64,000 nt of DNA from positions 29,013 to 93,012 of the forward strand of contig JAXMDF010000010.1 in the NCBI GenBank assembly GCA_046348975.1. The letters are read 5' to 3'. The translations under genes and the position numbers were made by a program. The number at the start of each line of letters is the position of its first letter. Within the stretch, counting starts at the first letter, position 1. The stretch comes from Amaricoccus sp. GTDB lineage: Bacteria > Pseudomonadota > Alphaproteobacteria > Rhodobacterales > Rhodobacteraceae. The notes beneath the pieces were generated by a model. That model did no database searches and had not been told where the DNA came from. It saw nothing but the letters and a program-made list of their open reading frames with translations. Shown here one piece after another: positions 10,638-20,038 of the stretch.

Positions 10638-12148
10638 CACGATGCCTCCCGTATAGGTTGCGGATCGGGTCCCGGCGCCGACTCCGTCCCGAACGGGTCG
10701 GGCGAGATCGGCCAGATGTCGCGGCGGACCTTGCGGTAGGGGTTGGTCGCCGGGTCGTTGGGATAGGGCCGGCCGGCCGAGCAGTAGACGATCTCGGCGG
10801 CGATCGGGGCGAAGGCCGCGTAGAAGTGGTTGGTCGACTTGATGACAAGGATGCGCACTGCCATCGGGTCGAGCCCGAGCGCGCCGAAAAGCGAGGGATC
10901 GAAGCTCTGCGCCCGGACGGTGTTGAGGATCACCTCGATCCCGGTGCCGACAAGCCGGATCCGCGCCGCGTCCCCGAAGGGCACCAGGCTGTCGCCGAAT
11001 CGCATCTCGGCCGACCGCACCAGCCGCAGCACCTCGACCGTCGCATCCACCGGATCGCCCGTGAAGGGCGCGGACTTGGCCCCGAAGCGGAGCGGGATCA
11101 CCGCGCCTTCGCCCGCCACCATGCAGAGTTGCACGGCGATAGGATCCCAGATCGTGCCGACGGCGACGCCTTCGGCGCCGCGCGCCATCAGCTCGCGCAG
11201 GATCACTACCGAGTCGCCCGCGGTGCCGCCGCCCGGATTGTCCCAGACGTCGGCGATCACCACCGGATGCGCGGCCGAGGCCATGGCGCGGGCGACGGCC
11301 TCCGTCTCGTCCACCATCGGCATCAGGTGCTTGCCGCGGTTGGCGAAGAGCTCCATCCCCAGCCGGCGGGCCAGCGCCTCGCCGTGCGCGGCGTCGCCAT
11401 CCGTGACCGCGATGGTCTTGGTGCCCATCTCCGCCACGTCGCCGGCCATGAAGCCGTGGATCACCGAGAGCGACAACACCTTCGGGTCGTCGCGCTCGAT
11501 CGCCATCAGCCGGTCGACGAAGCCGCGCATCGGCTGGCGCGAGGTCGGGAAGACGTCGATCATCCGGCAGTCGAAGACCGACATCACCGGGCGGACCCGG
11601 CCCTCCAGCGTCTCGACGGCGATGCGCCAGAGGTCTTCGGCGCGGTCGACGAAGTCGGTGTGCGGGAACTCCTTGAAGACGGTGAAGAAGTCCGCCGCCG
11701 CGACCCGCTTCGCCGTCAGGTGGCTGTGCGGGTCGAGCTCGGCGCAGACCAGCACCTCCGGCCCCACCATCTCCCGGACCCGCGCGAGGAGGTCGCCCTC
11801 CGGATCGTCGTAGCCGCCGGCGACCATCGCGCCGTGCAGGCCGAGCACCACGGCATCGACCGGCAGCGCCGCGGCGAGCTGGCCGAGGATCTCGTCACGG
11901 AGCGATTCGTAGGTGGCGCGGTTCACGATCCCCGCCGGGTCGGCCCAGGCGGCGGTGCCCTCGACCAGCGTCCAGCCCTTTTCGCGGCAGACCTCCCGGC
12001 CAACGGTGATCGGCGCGGTGCAGAGCGTCGGCGTGTCGGGATGCTGGCCGGGCGGGGCGTAGAGCGAGTCCTCGAAGCCGCGGCGGTCGATGCAGATCGG
12101 CGAGAAGGTGTTGGTCTCGGTGGCGAGGGCGGCGGTGAAGATGCGCAT
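10637..12148 (-). CDS. M81 family (MlrC-like) metallohydrolase
   Basis: ETNTFSP, LHGAMV, ELDPHSH, KEFPHTD, ADVWDNPGGG, VIKSTNHF. Confidence 0.9.
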   Translation of the reverse strand: MRIFTAALATETNTFSPICIDRRGFEDSLYAPPGQHPDTPTLCTAPITVGREVCREKGWTLVEGTAAWADPAGIVNRATYESLRDEILGQLAAALPVDAVVLGLHGAMVAGGYDDPEGDLLARVREMVGPEVLVCAELDPHSHLTAKRVAAADFFTVFKEFPHTDFVDRAEDLWRIAVETLEGRVRPVMSVFDCRMIDVFPTSRQPMRGFVDRLMAIERDDPKVLSLSVIHGFMAGDVAEMGTKTIAVTDGDAAHGEALARRLGMELFANRGKHLMPMVDETEAVARAMASAAHPVVIADVWDNPGGGTAGDSVVILRELMARGAEGVAVGTIWDPIAVQLCMVAGEGAVIPLRFGAKSAPFTGDPVDATVEVLRLVRSAEMRFGDSLVPFGDAARIRLVGTGIEVILNTVRAQSFDPSLFGALGLDPMAVRILVIKSTNHFYAAFAPIAAEIVYCSAGRPYPNDPATNPYRKVRRDIWPISPDPFGTESAPGPDPQPIREAS

Positions 12149-12159
12149 CGTCCTGTCCT

Positions 12160-12669
12160 TCAGTCTTTCACGTGCGGCAGGTAGCCCACGAAGCCGGCGA
12201 TCCGCCAGCGCCCGCCCGCCAGCCGGCAGATGTAGAGCGTCTGCCAGTTCATGCGGTCGAAGCCGCCGTCGGCGCGCCGGATGCCGCCGTCGAACCGCTT
12301 GCGCGCCAGCGCCGCCTCGCCGTCGACCTCGATCTCCTCGAGCCGCGTCGCGCGGAAGATCGCCGCACGCGCCTCCTCGGCGTAGTGCCCGGCCTGGCGC
12401 GCCGCCCTGGCGTCCTGCGCCTGGCGCAGCCATTCGTCGCGATAGGCCGCGAGCGTCGGGAACGAGAGCCGCCAGTCGTCCGGCGAGGGCAGGAACCGGG
12501 CGTTGAGCCCGGTGAAGTTGGCCTCGACGAAGTCGTCGGCGATCGGCCCCCAGTCGGCGGCGAGGAAGGCGTCGATGTCCCGGGGGACGAGCATCTCCCA
12601 GATGGCGCGGCGGGGCGCGTCGGCGGCAGGGAAAGGGTTGACTTCGGGGTCGCGCATCGGGGAAGCCAT
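12160..12669 (-). CDS. Conserved hypothetical protein (NTF2/SnoaL-like fold suspected)
   Basis: Host-like codon usage, first gene of the operon; RDIDAFLAADW and the C-terminal GRWRIAGFVGYLP resemble NTF2-like ends. Confidence 0.6.
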   Translation of the reverse strand: MASPMRDPEVNPFPAADAPRRAIWEMLVPRDIDAFLAADWGPIADDFVEANFTGLNARFLPSPDDWRLSFPTLAAYRDEWLRQAQDARAARQAGHYAEEARAAIFRATRLEEIEVDGEAALARKRFDGGIRRADGGFDRMNWQTLYICRLAGGRWRIAGFVGYLPHVKD

Positions 12670-12756
12670 GAAAATCATTTCGGCGGCGAGCGATTTTTCC
12701 TATGGATTGATCCTGCATCTTGTGGCGATATGTCAACCAGAAAGAAAATGATTTTC
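12670..12756. promoter_or_regulatory. Divergent promoter region with palindromic operator
   Basis: Perfect palindrome GAAAATGATTTTC (12744-12756) and the related GAAAATCATTTC (12670-12681) lie between the divergent operons, upstream of the RpiR gene. Confidence 0.65.
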
Positions 12757-12795
12757 GTGAGCGAGGCGATCAGGCCCGCGCACGAGAGGAGCGAC

Positions 12796-13659
12796 ATGGA
12801 CATCTTCAGCGCCCTCACCGACGAGGCGAACCGGCTGTCCGGACTGGAGAAGCAGCTCGCGCAAGTAGTGCTGAACGACGTGGAATTCGCCGTCAACGCC
12901 TCGATCGTGGACCTCGCCGAGCGCGCCGAGGTCTCGCCTCCGACGGTGACCCGGTTTTGCCGGCGGCTCGGCTGCCAGGGCTACCCCGACTTCAAGCTGC
13001 AGCTCGCCCGCTCCTCGTTCGTCGGGCTGCGCTACCTCAAGCCCGAATCGGAAGGCCGGACCCCGGGCGCGGTGGCCGAGGACATCGTGACCAAGGCGCA
13101 GAACGCGCTCTACCAGATGCACCAGGGGCTCGAGGTCGCCGCGGTGGAGAAGGCGGCGGCGATGCTGCGCGGGGCGGAGATGATCCACGCCTTCGGTGCC
13201 GGCGGCAACTCGTCGATGATCGTGCACGAGCTGCGGAACCGGCTGTTCCGCCTCGGCTGCCGCATCTCCGCCTCCTCCGACCACGGCATGAACCTGATGA
13301 TCTCCGCCGCGAGCGAGCCGGGCGACGTGGTCTTTGGCTCGTCCTTCACCGGCCGCAACGACGAGCTGGTGCGCTGCTTCCGCGTGCTGCAGGAGCGCGG
13401 CACCCCGACCATCGCGCTGACCCAGAGCGGTTCGCCGGTGGCGATGGCCGCCGACCTCGTGATCCACGTCGACCTGCCCGAGGGACTGAACATCTTCCGC
13501 CCGACCTCCACCCGCTTCGCCTATCTCGCGGTGATCGACATCCTCGCCACGCTGGTCGCCTATGCCGACCGCCCGCGCTCCGCCCGCCTGCTGCGCGGCA
13601 TCAAGGAGCAGCTCGTCCGCCACCGCGACAAGGACGACCGCCAGGTTCTCGGAGACTGA
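12796..13659 (+). CDS. MurR/RpiR family transcriptional regulator
   Basis: SIVDLAERAEVSPPTVTRFCRRLGCQGYPDFK HTH, SIS domain; AGGAG RBS. Confidence 0.92.
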   Translation: MDIFSALTDEANRLSGLEKQLAQVVLNDVEFAVNASIVDLAERAEVSPPTVTRFCRRLGCQGYPDFKLQLARSSFVGLRYLKPESEGRTPGAVAEDIVTKAQNALYQMHQGLEVAAVEKAAAMLRGAEMIHAFGAGGNSSMIVHELRNRLFRLGCRISASSDHGMNLMISAASEPGDVVFGSSFTGRNDELVRCFRVLQERGTPTIALTQSGSPVAMAADLVIHVDLPEGLNIFRPTSTRFAYLAVIDILATLVAYADRPRSARLLRGIKEQLVRHRDKDDRQVLGD

Positions 13660-13660
13660 G

Positions 13661-14461
13661 ATGACCGCATCCCCCTCGATCGCCGTCGTCACCGGCGGCG
13701 CCGGCGATATCGGCCAGGCCATCGCCCGGAGCCTCGCCGGGACGCACGCCGGCGTCGCGCTGGTCGACCGCGACCCCGCCGGCGCCGAGGAAGCCGCCGC
13801 CGCCATGGGCTCGCAGGCACGAGCCTTCGCCTGCGACATCACCGATCCCGCCGCCGTCGCGGCCCTCGCCGCCCGCGTCGCCGACTGGGGCCAGGTCCGG
13901 ACCCTCGTCAACAACGCCGGCGCCGCCCGCGCCCCGAGCCTCGGCGCCACCACGCTCGCCGACTGGCAGGCCGACCGCGCGCTGAACCTCGACGCCGCCT
14001 GGTACTGCTTCGACGCCTTCCGCCCGGCGCTCGAGGCGACCCGGGGCTCGGTCGTCAACATCGCCTCGGTCAACGGCCTCGGCGTCTTCGGCCACCCCGC
14101 CTACAGCGCCGCCAAGGCCGGCATGATCCACCTCACGCGGCTGATCGCCGTCGAGTACGGCCGCCGCGGCATCCGCGCCAACGCCATCGCCCCCGGCACC
14201 GTCGCCACCCGCGCCTGGCAGGCCCGCCGCGAGGCCAATCCCCGCGTCATGGAGGAAGCCGCCGCCCACTATCCGCTCGGCCGCGTCGCGACGCCCGCGG
14301 ACATCGCCGCTGCCGTCGCCTTCCTCGCCGGCCCCGGCGCCGCCGCCATCACCGGCGCCTGCCTCCCCGTCGACTGCGGCCTGACCGCGGGCGTCCCCGC
14401 GCTCGCGCGGACCTTCAGCCAGTCCGACGACTACGACCGCCCCGCCGCGCGGCCCGCCTGA
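13661..14461 (+). CDS. SDR family oxidoreductase
   Basis: TGGAGDIG, NNAG, YSAAK catalytic motif. Confidence 0.92.
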   Translation: MTASPSIAVVTGGAGDIGQAIARSLAGTHAGVALVDRDPAGAEEAAAAMGSQARAFACDITDPAAVAALAARVADWGQVRTLVNNAGAARAPSLGATTLADWQADRALNLDAAWYCFDAFRPALEATRGSVVNIASVNGLGVFGHPAYSAAKAGMIHLTRLIAVEYGRRGIRANAIAPGTVATRAWQARREANPRVMEEAAAHYPLGRVATPADIAAAVAFLAGPGAAAITGACLPVDCGLTAGVPALARTFSQSDDYDRPAARPA

Positions 14462-14504
14462 GCTCGCGCGCCGCGATCCCATCCCAACCACCGCGAGACG
14501 ATCC

Positions 14505-16415
14505 ATGCCCGCCTACCGCGTCGAGAACTCCTGGTCCCCCGATCCCGCTCCGGCCGGGACGCTCACCGTCACCCTGCACAACCTGAGCGACGAGCCCCTC
14601 GCCGGCTTCCGCCTGTCCTACACCGCGATCACCCGCGTGCTGCCCGACGCGCCCGCGCCGGAGAACGCGACCTTCCTCCGCCGCGACGCCAACTACCACG
14701 AGTTCGCTCCGCCGACGGGCCTGACCGTGCCGCCGGGCGGCGCCTGGACCTTCCGCGCGACCGGGCTCAACCGGGCGCCGGCCCACCGCCTCGACGGGGT
14801 GAAGACCGCCTACCTGACCCTCGCCGACGGCCGCCACGTCGATGCCGACACCGGCGACCTCGCCCTCGGCGCCGGCGTCCCCGACGCGCCGCCGGCGCGC
14901 CTGCCCGAGGGCCGCCTGACCCAACCCTTCGCGATCCTGCCCTGGCCCGCCAACGCCGACCTGCGTCCCGGCGACACCCCCGTCGCCCTCACCGCGGCCG
15001 AAGGCACCGCCCGCGACGACCTCCGCGCGCTCGCCGAGGCCGGCGCGCACCACCGCCGCCTCTTCGGCGCCGCCCCCGCCGCCGTCTCGCTCTCGCCCCT
15101 CCCCGGCGGCCGCCCGGTCGCCTTCGCCCGCGACCCGGGCCTCGCCCCCGGCGCCTATCGCCTGAGCTTCGCCGAGACGATCCGGCTCGAGAGCGCCGAC
15201 GACGCCGGCCGCCGCCACGGCCTCACGGCACTCCTGCAGATGCTGCACGGCGCCGCCGAGCGGCCGGAGACCTTCCGCTTCCCCGCCTCGGGCACCATCG
15301 AGGACGCGCCGCGCTACGGCTGGCGCGGCTGCCACCTCGACGTCTCGCGGCAGTTCTGGCCGGCGGACGACGTGCGCCGCTTCCTCGACATCCTCGCCTG
15401 GCACCGGCTGAACGTCTTCCACTGGCACCTGACCGACGACGAGGGCTGGCGCTTCGAGGTCCGCGCCTTCCCCGAGCTCACCACCACCGGCGCCACCCGC
15501 GGCGCCGACGCGCGGCTGCTGCCGCAGCTCGGCGACCCCTCCGCCTCGCGGCGCGCCTTCTACACCCAGGACGAGGTCCGCGCCGTCGTCGCCCATGCCG
15601 CCAGCCTCGGCATCGAGGTGGTGCCCGAGATCGAGACCCCCGGCCACGCCACCGCGATCCTCGCCGCGCTGCCGCACCTCGTCGACCCCGACGAGCCGGC
15701 CGGCAGCTACTTCTCGGTGCAGGGCTATCCGAACAACGCGCTCAACCCGGCGGTCGAGGCCACCTACGACGTCCTCGCCGCCATCCTCGACGAGATGGTC
15801 GAGCTCTTTCCCTCCCGCCGCCTGCACGTCGGCGGCGACGAGGTGGCGGCGAACTCCTGGCTCGCCTCGCCGCTCGCCCGGGCGCTGATGCAGCGCGAGG
15901 GCCTCGCCGGCACCTTCGAGCTCCAGTCCCACTTCATGCGCCGCCTCAAGGCGATGCTCACCGAGCGCGGCCGCGTCCTCGTCGGCTGGAACGAGGTCGC
16001 CCACGGCGGCGGCGTGCCGCCCGAGGACACGCTGCTGATGGCCTGGGAGAACCCGCAGGTCGGCATCGCGCTGGCGCGCGAGGGCTATGACGTCGTGATC
16101 TCGCCCGGCCAGGCCTATTATCTCGACATGGCCGCCTCCCCCGCCTGGCGCGATCCCGGCGCCGGCTGGGCCGGCTCCTCGACCCCGGAGCAGACCTACG
16201 CCTACGAGGCCGGCGAGAGCTTCCCGGAGGAGCTCCGTCCCCGGCTCCAGGGCGTGCAGGCCGGCATCTGGTGCGAGCACTTCCACGATCGCGACTACTT
16301 CAACGCCATGGTCTTCCCGCGCCTGCTCGCGGTGGCCGAAGCCGCCTGGACGCCGCTCGAGGCCAAGGACTGGCTCCGCTTCGCCGCCCAGGCGCGGCTG
16401 CACCCGAGGCTCTGA
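14505..16415 (+). CDS. Beta-N-acetylhexosaminidase (GH20)
   Basis: WRGCHLDVSRQF, HWHLTDDEGWR, PEIETPGH, catalytic HVGGDE; no signal peptide. Confidence 0.93.
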   Translation: MPAYRVENSWSPDPAPAGTLTVTLHNLSDEPLAGFRLSYTAITRVLPDAPAPENATFLRRDANYHEFAPPTGLTVPPGGAWTFRATGLNRAPAHRLDGVKTAYLTLADGRHVDADTGDLALGAGVPDAPPARLPEGRLTQPFAILPWPANADLRPGDTPVALTAAEGTARDDLRALAEAGAHHRRLFGAAPAAVSLSPLPGGRPVAFARDPGLAPGAYRLSFAETIRLESADDAGRRHGLTALLQMLHGAAERPETFRFPASGTIEDAPRYGWRGCHLDVSRQFWPADDVRRFLDILAWHRLNVFHWHLTDDEGWRFEVRAFPELTTTGATRGADARLLPQLGDPSASRRAFYTQDEVRAVVAHAASLGIEVVPEIETPGHATAILAALPHLVDPDEPAGSYFSVQGYPNNALNPAVEATYDVLAAILDEMVELFPSRRLHVGGDEVAANSWLASPLARALMQREGLAGTFELQSHFMRRLKAMLTERGRVLVGWNEVAHGGGVPPEDTLLMAWENPQVGIALAREGYDVVISPGQAYYLDMAASPAWRDPGAGWAGSSTPEQTYAYEAGESFPEELRPRLQGVQAGIWCEHFHDRDYFNAMVFPRLLAVAEAAWTPLEAKDWLRFAAQARLHPRL

Positions 16416-16416
16416 C

Positions 16417-17856
16417 ATGCCGCGCATCGCCGTCGGCGGCATCCACACCGAATGCTCCACCTCCTCCCCCGTGCTGATGCGGGAGGAGGATTTCCGCGTC
16501 CTCCGCGGCCCCGATCTCGCCGCCTCCGACTATTTCGCCTTCCTCCCTCGTGAGGGCGTCGAACCCGTCCCGCTCCTCCACGCCCGCGCGGTGCCCGGCG
16601 GCCCGGTGGCCCGCGCCACCTACGACGCCTTCAAGGCCGAGTTCCTCGACCGCCTCTCCCGCGCGCTTCCCGTCGACGGCGTCTACCTCGCCATGCACGG
16701 CGCCATGCACGTCGAAGGCATGGAGGACGCCGAGGGCGACTGGATCGCCGCCGTGCGCGCCGCCGTCGGCCCCGACCTGCCCGTCGCCGCCAGCTACGAC
16801 CTGCACGGCAACGTCACCCAACGTATCGTCGACGCCCTCGACATCTTCTCCGCCTACCGCACCGCGCCGCACATCGACGTGCGCGAGACGATGCAGGCCG
16901 CCTGGGAGATGCTGCTGCGCCGCCTCTCCGGCGACGAGCGCCCGGGCGTCGTCTGGGCGCCGGTGCCGCTCCTCCTCCCCGGTGAGAGGAGCTCGACCGA
17001 GGACGAGCCGGCCCGCGCGCTCTACGCCGGCCTGCCGGATTTCGACCGCCGCCCCGGCGTCTGGAAGGCGGACCTGATGATCGGCTACGTCTGGGCCGAC
17101 GAGCCCCGCGCCACCGCCGCCGCCGTCGTCACCGGCACCGACCGGGCCGCCGCGAGCGCCGCGGCCGAGGAGATCGCCGCCCGCTTCTGGGCCGCCCGCG
17201 ACGGCTTCCGCTTCGGCCCGGTCACCGGCCCGCTCGCCGAGATGCTCGACCGCGCCGCGGCCGCCACCACCGCGCCGGTGATCCTCGCCGATTCCGGCGA
17301 CAACCCCACCGGCGGCGGCGTGGGCGACCGCGCCGACGTCCTCGCCGCCCTGATCGAGCGCGACTGGCAGGACGCGCTCGTCGCCGGCATCACCGACGCG
17401 CCCGCCGTCGCCGCCTGCTTCGCCGCCGGCGAGGGCGCGACGCTCGACCTCCGCATCGGCGCGAGCCTCGACCCGGCCGGCGTCTCGGTCACGGTCCCGG
17501 TCCGGGTCCTGCGGCTCGACGATCCCGGTCGCGAACCGGAGCGCCAGGCGGTCGTCGCGATCGGCGGCATCACCCTCGTCCTCGCCGGACGCCGGCGCCC
17601 CTACCACACGCTCGCAGACTTCGCCCGCCTCGGCCTCGACCCGAAGGGCGTCCGGCTCCTGGTGGTGAAGTCCGGCTACCTCTCGCCGGAGCTCGCGCCC
17701 ATCGCCAACCCCAACCTCATGGCGCTGACCGACGGGGCGGTGAACCAGGACATCGCCAGCATCCCCAACCGCCGCCGCCGGCTCCGCCATCTCCCCTACG
17801 ACCCGAGCGTCCCGTTCGTCCCGCTGGCTCGCCCCTCCGCCCGGTTTGCCCGATGA
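16417..17856 (+). CDS. Second M81 family (MlrC-like) metallohydrolase
   Basis: MHGAM, YDLHGN, YRTAPHID, DSGDNPTGGG, VVKSGYL. Confidence 0.88.
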   Translation: MPRIAVGGIHTECSTSSPVLMREEDFRVLRGPDLAASDYFAFLPREGVEPVPLLHARAVPGGPVARATYDAFKAEFLDRLSRALPVDGVYLAMHGAMHVEGMEDAEGDWIAAVRAAVGPDLPVAASYDLHGNVTQRIVDALDIFSAYRTAPHIDVRETMQAAWEMLLRRLSGDERPGVVWAPVPLLLPGERSSTEDEPARALYAGLPDFDRRPGVWKADLMIGYVWADEPRATAAAVVTGTDRAAASAAAEEIAARFWAARDGFRFGPVTGPLAEMLDRAAAATTAPVILADSGDNPTGGGVGDRADVLAALIERDWQDALVAGITDAPAVAACFAAGEGATLDLRIGASLDPAGVSVTVPVRVLRLDDPGREPERQAVVAIGGITLVLAGRRRPYHTLADFARLGLDPKGVRLLVVKSGYLSPELAPIANPNLMALTDGAVNQDIASIPNRRRRLRHLPYDPSVPFVPLARPSARFAR

Positions 17857-18587
17857 CCCGCATCCTGCTCGAGGTCTGCGTCGACGATCCCGAGGGCCTC
17901 CTCGCCGCCCGGGCCGGCGGCGCGGACCGGCTGGAGCTCTGCGCGGCGCTGGGACTCGGCGGCCTCACCCCATCGCCCGCGCTCGTCTCCCTCGCGGCCC
18001 GCGAGGGTATCCTCGCCCTCGCGATGATCCGGCCGCGGGCGGGCGACTTCGTCTGGACCCCCGCCGAGGCCGCGGCGATGGAGGCCGAGATCGCCCACCT
18101 GCGCGCCGCCGGCGCGCGGGGCGTGGTGATCGGCGCCAGCCTGCCCGACGGCCGGCTCGACGGCGCGCTGCTGGCGCGGCTCCTCCGGGCCGCCGAGGGC
18201 ATGGACGTCACGCTGCACCGCGCGGTGGACCTCGCCCCCGACCCGGAGGAGGCCGTGGCGCTCGCGGCCGATCTCGGCATTCCGCGCATCCTCAGCTCCG
18301 GCGGCGCGGCGCGCGCGGTGGACGGCACCGACCGGCTCGGGCGGATGATGCAGGCGGCGGCCGGGCGGCTTGCCGTCATGCCCGGCGCCGGCGTCTCGCC
18401 CGAGACGCTGCCCGCGCTCTCGCGCCTGCCGCTGAGCGAGATCCACGCCTCCTGCTCGGAGCCGGTCCCCCCACCCCACGGCAAGGTGGCCGCCTTCGGC
18501 TTCCAGCCGCCCGGTGCGCGCCGCACCGACGCCGCGCGCGTCGCGGCCATGCGCGCGGCGCTCGACGAGGTGCATCGAAGGTCGTGA
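17853..18587 (+). CDS. cutC: CutC family protein
   Basis: LLEVCVDD, GGADRLELCAALGLGGLTPS, MIRPRAGDF, TLHRAVD. Confidence 0.9.
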   Translation: MTRILLEVCVDDPEGLLAARAGGADRLELCAALGLGGLTPSPALVSLAAREGILALAMIRPRAGDFVWTPAEAAAMEAEIAHLRAAGARGVVIGASLPDGRLDGALLARLLRAAEGMDVTLHRAVDLAPDPEEAVALAADLGIPRILSSGGAARAVDGTDRLGRMMQAAAGRLAVMPGAGVSPETLPALSRLPLSEIHASCSEPVPPPHGKVAAFGFQPPGARRTDAARVAAMRAALDEVHRRS

Positions 18588-18856
18588 AAGGAGGGCTCTG
18601 CGGAAGTCTTCCGGTCATCCCGGAGGGGCCTTCGCGGCCCCCGGGCATCGGTTGAAATCCGGTTAACGCCCGGGGCATGAATCAAGCGATTCCAATGGCT
18701 TGACCTACCTGCTCGACCCCGAGCACCCCCCGGGCAAAGCCACGCTTTCCGTGCGTGCCCGGCCTTTCGCAGAGGTCTCGAAAGATTGCTTTTCGAAGAG
18801 ATGCCCGGAATCTCACGCGGGAAACGGCGCCTGTTCCACGCACCGCGCCGCCCGGG

Positions 18857-19633
18857 TCAAGCCGGGTCGCGGCCGCCGGGATGCACCTCCTCGTAGTAGT
18901 CGCGCAGCCTCAGGCCCGCCGCCGCGCCGGCGTCGAGCACCGCCGTCGCATGCGGGTGGAACTGCAGCGCCGAGGCCGGGCAGATCGCCGTCACCGGCCC
19001 CTCCACCATCGCCGCCACCGCCTCCGCCTTGCCCCGGCCGGTGGCGAGGAGCAGAACCTCGCGCGCCCGCAGGATCGTGCCGATCCCCATGGTGATCGCC
19101 AGCCGCGGCGTGTCCTCGAACCGCGCGAAGTAGCGGCTGTTCGCCTCCCGCGTCGCCCGGGTCAGCGTCTTCAGCCGGGTGAGCGACGCGAGGCTCGACG
19201 TCGGCTCGTTGAAGCCGATGTGCCCGTTGTGCCCGATGCCGAGCAGCTGCAGCCCCACGTCCCCCGCCGCCGCGATCGCCGCCTCGTAGCGCGCCGCCTC
19301 CGCCTCCGGGTCGGCCGCGTCGCCACGTGGCAGTTGCGCCCGCGCGGCATCCATGTCGACATGATCGAACAGCTGCTCGCGCATGTAGCGCCAGTAGGAA
19401 CACGGATGGTCCGGCGCGAGCCCGACATACTCGTCCAGATTGAAGCTCGTCGCCCCGGCGAAGCGCGCCCGCCCCGCGCGATGCAGCCCGATCAGGCGCT
19501 CGTAGACCGCCTCCATCGTCCCGCCAGTGGCGAGGCCGAGCACCGTCTCCGGCGCGCGCTCCAGCCGCCCGGCGATCCTCGCCGCCACGTAGTCGACCGC
19601 CCCGGCGGCGGTCTCCAGGATCAGAACCTTCAC
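18857..19633 (-). CDS. nagB: Glucosamine-6-phosphate deaminase
   Basis: LGLATGGT, FNLDEYVGL, GIGHNGHIGFNEP, TMGIGTI; GTG start. Confidence 0.95.
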   Translation of the reverse strand: MKVLILETAAGAVDYVAARIAGRLERAPETVLGLATGGTMEAVYERLIGLHRAGRARFAGATSFNLDEYVGLAPDHPCSYWRYMREQLFDHVDMDAARAQLPRGDAADPEAEAARYEAAIAAAGDVGLQLLGIGHNGHIGFNEPTSSLASLTRLKTLTRATREANSRYFARFEDTPRLAITMGIGTILRAREVLLLATGRGKAEAVAAMVEGPVTAICPASALQFHPHATAVLDAGAAAGLRLRDYYEEVHPGGRDPA

Positions 19634-19643
19634 GATCGCCCTC

Positions 19644-20038
19644 TCAACCGAGCGGCTTGTAGGCCACGGCGTCCATCTCCACCTTGGCATCGACCATCAG
19701 CGCCGACCGCACCGTGGACCGCGCCGGCGGCGCGTCGACGAAATGCTTCTCGAACACCGCGTTGAACGACGAAAGTCGCGTGGATCGTCAAGCCAGCATG
19801 TCACCTTCACCACATCCGCCAGCGCGCACCCCGCCGCCTCCAGCACCCCCCTCAGGTTGGCGATCACCTGCTCGGTCTGCGGGACGATCCCGCCTGCGAC
19901 GACCTCGCCCCCGACTGTAGGCACCTGCCCCGACACATAGACGAAGTCGCCCGCCCGGACAGCCCGCGCGAACGGCCGCCGCTGCCCCCCCGCCTGCGCG
20001 TCGGCGATGTCGTAGCGGGTCAGACGCTGGTCTGGCAT
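19644..20038 (-). pseudogene. RidA/YjgF family protein with a 1-nt frameshift near 19772
   Basis: The N-half (VYVSGQVP..QTEQVIANL..VVKVTCWLDD) and C-half (FNAVFEKHF..PPARSTV..KVEMDAVAY) are in different frames; a single added T in the TTT run restores them. Confidence 0.75.

Noticed and set aside
7489-10848. Apparent 1119-aa protein (similarly 34299-37502, 45164-48499, 56671-59760)
   Set aside because: Only the C-terminal parts are real genes (ROK, glgC, antiporter, metG); the N-terminal extensions are low-complexity alternate frames of upstream genes, not fusions.
10637-12148. Microcystin degradation (mlr) pathway suggested by the MlrC-like genes
   Set aside because: No mlrA, mlrB or mlrD; the context is amino-sugar catabolism.
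18588-18856. Hairpins between convergent cutC and nagB (CCCGGAGGGGCC-TTCGC-GGCCCCCGGG)
   Set aside because: Plausible terminator or REP-like element, but single-copy in the window and without a U-tract; insufficient support.
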